A stretch of DNA of 64,000 nt from the NCBI GenBank assembly GCA_021773135.1, contig JAJFKP010000017.1, positions 50,520 to 114,519 on the forward strand, read 5' to 3'. The number at the start of each line of letters is the position of its first letter. Position 1 is the stretch's first letter. Positions 44,219 through 52,654 of the stretch are shown in pieces. This stretch comes from Woeseiaceae bacterium. GTDB lineage: Bacteria; Pseudomonadota; Gammaproteobacteria; Steroidobacterales; Woeseiaceae. Below the pieces are notes generated by a model. The model did no database searches, was not told where the DNA came from, and saw only the letters and a program-made list of their open reading frames with translations. Both the position numbers and the translations under genes were made by a program.

Positions 44219-45834
44219 CAGTCGTCACCGAAGTTGGCCGGCGTAATATCGCGGCGTTTGAGATCCAGCAGTATTTCCCTGGCAGCATTGCATCCCGGTG
44301 CGGCCATCACGCCTCCACCCGGATGATTGCTCGATCCGCACATGTACAGCCCGCCCACGGGGCCGCGATATTGCGCGTAACCCGGAATGGGCCGGTTAAA
44401 CATCAGCTGGTCCATGGTCAGTTCACCGTGAAATATATTGCCTTCCGTCAAGCCGGCTTCGTTTTCAATTTCCTTCGGTGTCCGGACTTCACAGTGCAGG
44501 ATCAGGTCCTTGAAATCGGGGCTGTATTCGGCAATCTGGTCAATAACGGTCTGGCCGAACTGATCGCGCTCCTCGTCGGTCCATTCACGCCCTTCAACCG
44601 TCGCCGGGCAGTACTGGACAAAGCAACTCATGAAGTGTTTGCCGGGCGGCGCCATGGTTGGGTCGCATACGGTTGGAATGACCATGTCCACGTAAGGGTC
44701 TTTTGACCACGTACCCTCTTTCCAATCGTCGTAAGCCCGCTCCATTCTCTCCATCGAATCGATGAAGTGCATATCTCCATCGAGTAGCGGACTGTTTTTT
44801 GGCAACGCAGGAAAGGTCGGCAGGCCATCCAGGGCAATATTGAGTTTTCCTGAAGAGCCGCGGATCTTGAAATTTTTCACGCGATTATAGAAATCATCGT
44901 CGAGGTCGTTCTTGTCCATACACTTCAGGAACGTACGTTTTACGTCCATGGCCGAGACCACGATTGACGCATCGATCTCTTCGCCGGTCGTCAGCGCGAC
45001 GCCTTTGACTTTGCCATTCTTAACCACGATCTGGTCTACGCCGGCATCCGTCCTGAGTTCGCCCCCGTAAGACTGGAACGCGCCGCTGATTGCTTTTGCG
45101 ACTGAACCCATGCCGCCACGAGCGTAGCCCCAGGCTCCCATGCTCCCGTCAACATCGCCCATGTAGTGGTGCAGTAGTACGTAAGCGGTGCCAGGTGAAT
45201 GGATACCCAGCGCAGTGCCAATAATTCCGCTGCCCGACAGCGCCGCTTTGATGACATCGGTTTCAAAATATTCGTCCAGGTACTCGGCAACACTCATCGT
45301 CCAGAAGCGAATCGTGTCATACATCCGCTGCTCACCCATTTCATAAAACCTCGATCCGAGATGGGCCAGCTCTTTAAGATCCTTGGGTTTAAAAGATGTG
45401 GGATCCGGCGGTGTACGCAGGAGAAAGTCGCGAATGAAGCGGCACTGGCGCATCGTATCGGCGGAATAGCGTTCGTACGCGTCTGCATCTGCTTTTGAGA
45501 AACGCGCATATTCGCGATAGTGGACCTCGTGGTCCGGGTAGCTGCCCAGGTAGTCCCCGTTTTCCATGAAAACGGTGCCGCCGCCATACGGCGTCACCTG
45601 CAGTCCGTGACGTGCCAGGTTCAGATCTCGAAAAATTTCCGGCCGCAGCAGACTGCAAACGTAGGAACAATTTGAGTAATACCAGTCCTTGTAGAGGTTG
45701 CGGCTTACCGTCGCGCCGCCGATATAGTCGTTCTTCTCCAGACACAGGACATCAAGTCCTGATTTAGCCAGGTATGCGGCGTTGGTCAGGCCATTGTGTC
45801 CTGCACCAACGACGATGGCATCGTATTTCTTCAT
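44218..45834 (-). CDS. FAD-dependent oxidoreductase, CrtI/phytoene-desaturase-like (amine-oxidase fold), paralogue A
   Basis: YDAIVVGAGHNGLTNAAYLAKSGLDVLCLEKNDYIGG and C-terminal LYMCGSSNHPGGGVMAAPGCNAA. 538 aa. Its stop shares a nucleotide with the next start. Confidence 0.8.
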   Translation of the reverse strand: MKKYDAIVVGAGHNGLTNAAYLAKSGLDVLCLEKNDYIGGATVSRNLYKDWYYSNCSYVCSLLRPEIFRDLNLARHGLQVTPYGGGTVFMENGDYLGSYPDHEVHYREYARFSKADADAYERYSADTMRQCRFIRDFLLRTPPDPTSFKPKDLKELAHLGSRFYEMGEQRMYDTIRFWTMSVAEYLDEYFETDVIKAALSGSGIIGTALGIHSPGTAYVLLHHYMGDVDGSMGAWGYARGGMGSVAKAISGAFQSYGGELRTDAGVDQIVVKNGKVKGVALTTGEEIDASIVVSAMDVKRTFLKCMDKNDLDDDFYNRVKNFKIRGSSGKLNIALDGLPTFPALPKNSPLLDGDMHFIDSMERMERAYDDWKEGTWSKDPYVDMVIPTVCDPTMAPPGKHFMSCFVQYCPATVEGREWTDEERDQFGQTVIDQIAEYSPDFKDLILHCEVRTPKEIENEAGLTEGNIFHGELTMDQLMFNRPIPGYAQYRGPVGGLYMCGSSNHPGGGVMAAPGCNAAREILLDLKRRDITPANFGDD

Positions 45835-45885
45835 CGACTGTTTTCCGCCCCAGTAATATCGGATGACTTTCTTCGGGTGACCTGC

Positions 45886-47220
45886 TCAGGCCGTATTGTT
45901 TGATCTATTATCGCCCGGCAGTTTTCTAATCGTAATTTCCACCGCCTGTTCAAATTTGTCCAGCGTTTCATCGAGACATTTCACATCATGAGCCTCGCAA
46001 AAAAACCACGGTTCACGTGAATCGGGTTCGACGAGAATTCCCAGCTCATGCAGCTCGGCAGCCAGTGCGTCGTAAAAATCATAGTTGGTATTAACCCAGT
46101 CCCGGTAATCCCGCGGGGCTTCGTCACTGAAAAACAGGCCAGACATGGAGGGATGTCCTACAAAGGAATGTGGAATACCTTTAGCCGTGAGGATCCTGCC
46201 AATGCCAGTCTGCATTTGGGTGCCATAGCGCCTGACTGTTTCGAGGGCGTCAGTCTCTTCGAGGATCTGCAGCGTTTTGTCGGCGGCAGCCAGTGACACT
46301 GAATGGCCGGTAAATGTGCCGCCGTGAACGACACCATCGCCGACGATTCGCATGATGTCCTCGCGACCCGCGACGACGGAAATCGGATAGCCGTTCGCGA
46401 GTGCCTTGGCGAAAGTACAAAGATCCGCTTTAACGCCGAGCAATTCCTGGACGCCCCCCATCGCCACGCGAAAGCCCGTTTTGACTTCGTCGACAATTAG
46501 CACAACATTATATCGGTCGCACAGCGATCTGACGTCCTGCAGGTACTGCTTCGTTGCTGTCAGCCCGCAGCAGTTTCCCATGATAGGTTCGATCAGGAAA
46601 GCGCCTATGTCGTTGTGATTCTTGCGCAGAACTTCTTCTACAACGTTGGCGTCGTTGAGCGGTACCGTATGAAACAATGGTTTTACAATCTGTGGTGTGC
46701 CGGCACAGAAGGGTAGAATCTCCGGTGCGCCGTCGCGCGGATCCCAGTCCTCAACTTCCGCGTACCAGAGAACCTCCGTAAATACTCCGTGGTACCCGCC
46801 CTCAACCACGATATGTCCGTCCTTGCCGCTGTGAGCTCGCGCAATTCTCAGCGCTGCCATGACCGCTTCCGTGCCGGAGTTCGAGAACCTGACCAATTCC
46901 GCAGCCGGCACCATCCTGCTGATGCGGTTGGCGACCTCATATTCGAGCTCGGTACCCAGTGCAAATACGCCGCCAACCTGCATTCCATTGCGTGCAGCCT
47001 CGTCCACGCGCGGATCGGCGTAGCCGAGAATCGCTGGTCCGTAGCCCAGGCGATAGTCTATATATTCGTTGTCGTCGATATCCCAGATTCGACCGCCCTT
47101 GCCTCGTTTCGCATAAATGGTCTTGTCGTCACCCCAGTAGCGAAAATTTGACGCAACCCCGAGCGGCAGTTTGCCGACTGCTTTCCTGAAGTGCCTGTTG
47201 GATTTCTCAAGCGACCGCAT
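45886..47220 (-). CDS. Class III (GSA-aminomutase-like) PLP-dependent aminotransferase
   Basis: SNSGTEAVMAALRIAR and DEVKTGFR (PLP lysine). ATG 47220 has a G-rich RBS. A GTG at 47250 is an alternative start. Confidence 0.85.
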   Translation of the reverse strand: MRSLEKSNRHFRKAVGKLPLGVASNFRYWGDDKTIYAKRGKGGRIWDIDDNEYIDYRLGYGPAILGYADPRVDEAARNGMQVGGVFALGTELEYEVANRISRMVPAAELVRFSNSGTEAVMAALRIARAHSGKDGHIVVEGGYHGVFTEVLWYAEVEDWDPRDGAPEILPFCAGTPQIVKPLFHTVPLNDANVVEEVLRKNHNDIGAFLIEPIMGNCCGLTATKQYLQDVRSLCDRYNVVLIVDEVKTGFRVAMGGVQELLGVKADLCTFAKALANGYPISVVAGREDIMRIVGDGVVHGGTFTGHSVSLAAADKTLQILEETDALETVRRYGTQMQTGIGRILTAKGIPHSFVGHPSMSGLFFSDEAPRDYRDWVNTNYDFYDALAAELHELGILVEPDSREPWFFCEAHDVKCLDETLDKFEQAVEITIRKLPGDNRSNNTA

Positions 47221-47282
47221 ACCACCCCCGCTGCTCCGTGACTGGCGCACAGGATCTCACGAACCATCCGGATAAGTCCATA

Positions 47283-47308
47283 AAAATGAATGAATAATCA
47301 TTCATTTT
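47283..47308. promoter_or_regulatory. Near-perfect palindrome AAAATGAATGA-ataa-TCATTCATTTT, candidate TetR operator
   Basis: Read directly. 11-nt perfect arms with a 4-nt spacer, centred in the 167-bp divergent region between the aminotransferase operon and the tetR-ACAD pair. Confidence 0.55.
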
Positions 47309-47387
47309 CTGGCATTATCTGCATCTACAACAAATGTTTATGATAATTCTGCCAGTTACCGCTGGTCGAATGATGTGAGTCAATCTC

Positions 47388-48032
47388 ATGGCAGCTGCCA
47401 GTGCAAACATGACGCGTCGAGAGATCGCCAAGGAGCGGCGACGGCAACAACTCATCGATGCCACGATCAAGTGCATCTCTAACAAGGGCCTGGGCAGCAC
47501 GACATTATCGGATGTCGCAAGTGAAGCCGGCTTGTCCCAGGGTATCGTAAACCTGCACTTCAACAGCAAGGATAATCTGCTGCATGAAACATTGAAGTTT
47601 CTTGCTGAGGATTACGACGCCGAGTTCATGCGCACGCTTGATGGCGCACCAGATGAACCTGCAGCTCGCCTGCTTGCGCTGATGAAAATGGATCTCAAGC
47701 CGGCGATTTGTGATCGCAGGAAACTCGCCGTGTGGTTTGCTTTCTGGGGCGAAGTAAAGTCTGTACCCACCTATCAGAAAATCTGCGCAACTTATGATGA
47801 CAAGTATGACGGCATCGTGCTGGACCTTGCCGACGCAATCATTCGCTCAGGAAGCTACGCTAACATCGAGGCGCAAACGGTAACGGATGTGTTGTCATCG
47901 TTAACCGATGGGCTGTGGTTGTCATGTCTCATCAATCCAAAATCTTTTAGAAGGGCAGCAGCACTCAACGCTGTTACCAGTTATCTTTACGCCATCTTTC
48001 CTGACCATTATCCACTGGAGTCTCAACATTGA
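47388..48032 (+). CDS. TetR/AcrR family transcriptional regulator
   Basis: N-terminal HTH RRQQLIDATIKCISNKGLGSTTLSDVASEAGLSQGIVNLHFNSKDNLL. 214 aa. Confidence 0.9.
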   Translation: MAAASANMTRREIAKERRRQQLIDATIKCISNKGLGSTTLSDVASEAGLSQGIVNLHFNSKDNLLHETLKFLAEDYDAEFMRTLDGAPDEPAARLLALMKMDLKPAICDRRKLAVWFAFWGEVKSVPTYQKICATYDDKYDGIVLDLADAIIRSGSYANIEAQTVTDVLSSLTDGLWLSCLINPKSFRRAAALNAVTSYLYAIFPDHYPLESQH

Positions 48033-49189
48033 AAATCGAACTGACTGACAGTGCACGCGAGTGGCAGGCCAAGGCGCGCGAATATGCGGATAATTTTCTT
48101 CAGCCGCACGAAGTCGAAGCAGAACTGAACGGGGGCGTGATCGATAGCGAAACTACGCGGCGCAACAAGAAACGTGCACTCGAACTCGGTTTCAGCGCGA
48201 TCGACGTGCCCGAACGTTGGGGCGGACTCGCATTACCGCTGGTCGATCAGGTCGCGATCTGGGAGCAGCTAGGACGCGTAACCAACGCGCTCTCATGGTG
48301 CTTTTCGGAGCCGCAGAGGTGGATGTTCGAGGCGTGCACCGCGGAACAGATCGAATGCTATGTCCTGCCCCTGATGCGCGGCGAGAAAAAAGACTGTTAT
48401 GCGATTACTGAGGCCGGGCCAGGTTCTGATGTGGCCGGCATCGAAGCGACGGCACATTTGGACGATGGCCATTATCGGCTGAATGGCGAAAAGTGGTACG
48501 TGACCAGCGCGAATTTTGCGGACTATTTCTGGTTCCAGGCGCAACTGCCCGACGAAGGCGGCGACGCACTATTCTTTGTGGAAAAGGATAGCCCGGGAAT
48601 CGAGATGACCGACAACCCGCTTTTCAGTCATACCTACGCCGCACACCACCCCACCTTTCAATTCAGCGACGTAATGGTCCCAGCGACGAATCGGGTTGGC
48701 AAAGCCGGCGATGGCATGGCCTATACCCGCAGCTGGTTTCGCCATGAGCGGCTGATGATTGGGGCTCGAAGTTGCGGCGCCGCAGCCAGGCTGATCGAAG
48801 ACGCTACCGCGTTCGCGCAATCGAGATTAGTCGCGGGTGTGCCGCTAAGCGAAAAGCAGGCGATTCAGCTCATGCTTGCCGATTGCGCAACGGAGCTTTG
48901 GGCCGCACGCCTGATGACCTTTGAGGCCGCAGCGGCAAGCGACCGCGGCGAGGATTTAAAGGCGCTGCACAATCGTTGCTCGATGGTCAAACTGTATGTG
49001 TCCGAGATGGCCAATCGCGTAGCGGATCGGGCACTGCAAATATTCGGCGGGCGTGGCTACATGCGTGAAAACGTTGCCGAGCGTTTTTTTCGCGAGCTGC
49101 GGGTGGACCGAATCTGGGAAGGCACTAGCGAAATTCAACGACTTATCATTGCCCGCAATCTTTTGAAGCGCGGACTCGATAACATGTGA
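48029..49189 (+). CDS. Acyl-CoA dehydrogenase family protein
   Basis: TTG start overlapping the tetR stop, GGAG 8 nt upstream. YAITEAGPGSDVAG, and C-terminal QIFGGRGYMRENVAERFFRELRVDRIWEGTSEIQ. Confidence 0.9.
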   Translation: MKIELTDSAREWQAKAREYADNFLQPHEVEAELNGGVIDSETTRRNKKRALELGFSAIDVPERWGGLALPLVDQVAIWEQLGRVTNALSWCFSEPQRWMFEACTAEQIECYVLPLMRGEKKDCYAITEAGPGSDVAGIEATAHLDDGHYRLNGEKWYVTSANFADYFWFQAQLPDEGGDALFFVEKDSPGIEMTDNPLFSHTYAAHHPTFQFSDVMVPATNRVGKAGDGMAYTRSWFRHERLMIGARSCGAAARLIEDATAFAQSRLVAGVPLSEKQAIQLMLADCATELWAARLMTFEAAAASDRGEDLKALHNRCSMVKLYVSEMANRVADRALQIFGGRGYMRENVAERFFRELRVDRIWEGTSEIQRLIIARNLLKRGLDNM

Positions 49190-49254
49190 CGTAAAGCATG
49201 AACGGTCTTGCTGGCCTTCCGTTTTGGATTGCCGGGATACAAACGCTAAGAAAA

Positions 49255-50496
49255 TTAGCTGATTACTTTTGGCGCTTTCCTGAGCTCGTGCAAGACCCAT
49301 TCAATCCAGCGCTGTTCCATTTGCTCCATGCCGGAAAACCGGCCGGGTCTGTAGTAACGGGATTGCACGCCCTTCCAGTTGTTAACGATGATCCTTTCGT
49401 CAGCCAGTGTCGTGACATCCCATAGCCATTTAAGCGCTTCGCGATCGTAGTCTTTGCCCTCCTCCGCGTCGCCGCGCACCAGCCAGTAGATTTCACACTG
49501 ACAGTGATCCTGGTCAACCGGAGTAAACACGTAACCGACAACATGGTCGCTGTAGGCCAGAAGGAATGACAAAGGGCCGACCGTAAAATCAGAAGCGCCG
49601 CCATCGTAGTCTGTAAGGTTTCCGAGCAAAGGTGCGAGTGGTTCGCCATCCCGGCTGCCCGTCTTATAGCCCTCGAACATGGCCGTGCGGCTATAGCCAT
49701 AACCCTGCTGACCGCTTGGTGCTTCCGTGTCTACGAAATCGAAGTCAATTTCTGTCAATCCGCAGGCGGACATTTTTTGACGCATTCTATCCTGCACGCG
49801 CTCAAGCTTTTTTTTGTCAAGCATTAGCGTGTGCATCTTTGCATACTCGGCATGTGCCGGCGCGCAGTGATAGCACTCCTGGTAGTTTTCAACCGAGAGC
49901 TTCCAGTTCGCTGCTATCGGGTAAGTTTTGGTCGCGGCTACCTTCAGGTTCTCGAAATCGAACATGGCCATCGGCTTTGCCAGGTCCCGCTTGGCGTATT
50001 CGAGAGATGGCGGATCGTTGCAGAAACATATGAATATGAGTCCGTGAACGATCTCCACTGAAACCGGGTGCAGACCGTTGGCCGACTTGTCGAAATCATC
50101 CGGCATGTCACGCGTACCGATGAGTCGCCCATCGGTGTCATAGACCCAGGCATGATAGGGACACTCGAAGCGACGCGTATTGCCTTCTTGCTGCAGGCAA
50201 ACGATTGAGCCGCGATGCCGGCAGACGTTGGCGAAGGCTTTGATCCGGCCGTTTTCGCTGCGGACGATGATGGCCGACTCGTTGGCAACTTTGAAAACCT
50301 TGAAGTCGCCAGCTTCTGCAATCTGGGACTGATGGCCGGCAAGGATCCAGTTGCGCATGACAATCTGGTCTAGCTCAAGCGAATAGATCTCAGGATCGGT
50401 ATAAAACCGCTGCTCCAGCGACCAGCCGGTCTTCTGGCAGGCTATCAGCTCACGAATAGGTCGGTCGTCTTGCATGGCTACCAGTCTCTTTGGCAT
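49255..50496 (-). CDS. Rieske [2Fe-2S] non-haem iron oxygenase alpha subunit (GbcA/CntA/Stc2-like class)
   Basis: CRHRGSIVC...CPYHAWVY Rieske site and NYQECYHCAPAHAEY mononuclear iron motif. The start is uncertain (50496, 50475 or 50541). Confidence 0.85.
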   Translation of the reverse strand: MPKRLVAMQDDRPIRELIACQKTGWSLEQRFYTDPEIYSLELDQIVMRNWILAGHQSQIAEAGDFKVFKVANESAIIVRSENGRIKAFANVCRHRGSIVCLQQEGNTRRFECPYHAWVYDTDGRLIGTRDMPDDFDKSANGLHPVSVEIVHGLIFICFCNDPPSLEYAKRDLAKPMAMFDFENLKVAATKTYPIAANWKLSVENYQECYHCAPAHAEYAKMHTLMLDKKKLERVQDRMRQKMSACGLTEIDFDFVDTEAPSGQQGYGYSRTAMFEGYKTGSRDGEPLAPLLGNLTDYDGGASDFTVGPLSFLLAYSDHVVGYVFTPVDQDHCQCEIYWLVRGDAEEGKDYDREALKWLWDVTTLADERIIVNNWKGVQSRYYRPGRFSGMEQMEQRWIEWVLHELRKAPKVIS

Positions 50497-50595
50497 TCGG
50501 CGTGTTCGACCCCTTATTCTAGTGCGCAAAGATAGGAACACGAAGCCGCCGTTTCACCTTGTGAATCTGCCGCACTATACTGACAGCCGATTCGT

Positions 50596-52587
50596 ATGTT
50601 CGATGCGCTATTAATGAACCCACCAAAATATGCGTCCGTCCTTGTTACCGTCATTGTCAGCGCGTGGCTGCCAGATTGCGCCTGCGCACAATCGGCTGAA
50701 GACAAACGACCACTAATCCTGGAAGACCGCAGCAAGTTACGATATCCGGGTCCACCTAGCATCTCGCCAGACGGGCGCCGGATTGCGTACGCCGAAGACG
50801 GCACGGTCTTCGTCATTAACGACAGCGGACAGGAACCTGTCGCGGTAACCACGGATTCAGGTTCTGCATGGTCGCCGCGCTGGTCGAACGACGGTTCTTC
50901 GCTGTACTTTGCGTCCGACCGCGGCGACATTGCTCAGATCTTTTCATTGCCTGTCGTCGGCCCGGGCGAAGCACGGGCAATCACCAGCTACGAGCACGGC
51001 ATATCGACGACGAATTTTTCGCCGGATGAATCGCGGCTGCTCGTAGAATTTCGTGATGACGAGCTACGTAACGAGGCGCAGGACTCCGACACGCCGAGGC
51101 CGCCGTTTGTGGTGACAAGGCGGCAGTTCAAGAGCGATGCCGGAGATGGCTATCTGACCGCGGGCAGCAGCCGACATTTGTATGTCTACGACGTTGAATC
51201 CGGGGAACTTGCCCAGGTAACGGCAGGTTCATTCAATGAGGGCGACGGCTCCTGGTCGCCGGACGGCAAGTCCATTGTGTTCGTCAGCAATCGTGAGCCG
51301 GAACCTGATGCGAGTTATCGCGCCGATATCTGGCTACTTGACGTGGCAGACAACACTGAGGGCGACCTGCAGCAGCTTACTGACAACGAGAATTCCAAGT
51401 ACTCGCCGAGCTTCAGTCCGGACGGGACGATGGTTGCCTACCTGTCTGCAGGTGACGGCGTATACAGCGTGCCGCACATTGCACTGGTTCCGGTCGGTGG
51501 CGGCACGCCGAGAATCCTGACAACAGGCCTTGATCGCTGGATCAGCGGTTACGAATTCTCGGCGAACGGGAAGTGGATATACGTGAGCTTTGACAATGCG
51601 GGCAGCTCACATCTCGCTCGCGTGCGCGTCAGTGACGGGCGCATCGAGAGAGTCATTGATGGCGAGATTTCAGTCGGCGCTTTCGACGTGGGTCCGGGAG
51701 CGTCGATTGCACTGAATGCAAGTCCGAAAGAGCGCATGTCCGATGTCCATCGACTTGATGGCAAACGACTGACCAGGCTTACCGACCTCAATCGTCACTA
51801 CCTTGACGAAATCATTGTGCATTCCAAGCAGAAATTCGCTTTCGAGAGTACAGGCGGCACGCCGGTCGAGGCTTTTATCACCGTGCCACACGGCTACGAG
51901 AAAGGCAGGACTTACCCGACCGTTCTGAATCTGCACGGTGGTCCGGTAGGTCAGTTTGACTGGAGTTATTCTTTCCCGTCTCAATACCTGGCAGCAAACG
52001 GGTACGTCGTTGTCGAACCCAATCCGCGCGGTTCATCGGGATTCGGTGAAGACTATATTCGTGCGATTTACCGGACGTGGGGAATAACCGACTACGATGA
52101 CATCATCGCTGCCGTTGATTACGCCATTGAGCAGGGCCTTGCTGACCCCGAGAGGCTGGCTGTAACGGGCTATTCCTATGGCGGTTACATGACCAACGTC
52201 GTTATCACGTCAACTGATCGTTTCAAAGCCGCAGCCTCTGGTGCCGGTCACAGCCTCATCGAGGCCAATTTTGGACACGATATTTACCAACAGTGGTACC
52301 TGTGGGAACTTGGCGTTCCGTGGGAGAATCGCGACAGATATGATCGGCTGTCCCCGTTTCTCAGAGCCGGTAACGCAACAACACCAACTCTGTTTCTGGG
52401 GGGGCGTGTCGACTGGAACGTACCGGTGATCAATGCCGAGTTGATGTTCCAGGCGCTGCAGGTGCGCGGTATTGACTCGGAACTGGTTGTCTATCCAGGT
52501 GTACATCACGGCGGTTGGCCAGATGAATACGAGCGAGACTACCTGCAGCGGATTGTCACCTGGTTTGATCGCTACACCAGCCACTGA
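50596..52587 (+). CDS. S9 family serine peptidase (prolyl oligopeptidase/acylaminoacyl peptidase) with N-terminal beta-propeller
   Basis: Repeated SP(D/R)G propeller blades, GYSYGGYMT nucleophile, and C-terminal D and H (VYPGVHHG). 663 aa. Confidence 0.9.
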   Translation: MFDALLMNPPKYASVLVTVIVSAWLPDCACAQSAEDKRPLILEDRSKLRYPGPPSISPDGRRIAYAEDGTVFVINDSGQEPVAVTTDSGSAWSPRWSNDGSSLYFASDRGDIAQIFSLPVVGPGEARAITSYEHGISTTNFSPDESRLLVEFRDDELRNEAQDSDTPRPPFVVTRRQFKSDAGDGYLTAGSSRHLYVYDVESGELAQVTAGSFNEGDGSWSPDGKSIVFVSNREPEPDASYRADIWLLDVADNTEGDLQQLTDNENSKYSPSFSPDGTMVAYLSAGDGVYSVPHIALVPVGGGTPRILTTGLDRWISGYEFSANGKWIYVSFDNAGSSHLARVRVSDGRIERVIDGEISVGAFDVGPGASIALNASPKERMSDVHRLDGKRLTRLTDLNRHYLDEIIVHSKQKFAFESTGGTPVEAFITVPHGYEKGRTYPTVLNLHGGPVGQFDWSYSFPSQYLAANGYVVVEPNPRGSSGFGEDYIRAIYRTWGITDYDDIIAAVDYAIEQGLADPERLAVTGYSYGGYMTNVVITSTDRFKAAASGAGHSLIEANFGHDIYQQWYLWELGVPWENRDRYDRLSPFLRAGNATTPTLFLGGRVDWNVPVINAELMFQALQVRGIDSELVVYPGVHHGGWPDEYERDYLQRIVTWFDRYTSH

Positions 52588-52654
52588 TTGTCCAAGACTA
52601 GGGAAAGCAGCGTATCAAACTTACACGCAACGACCGCGGCAATAGATCAGACTG

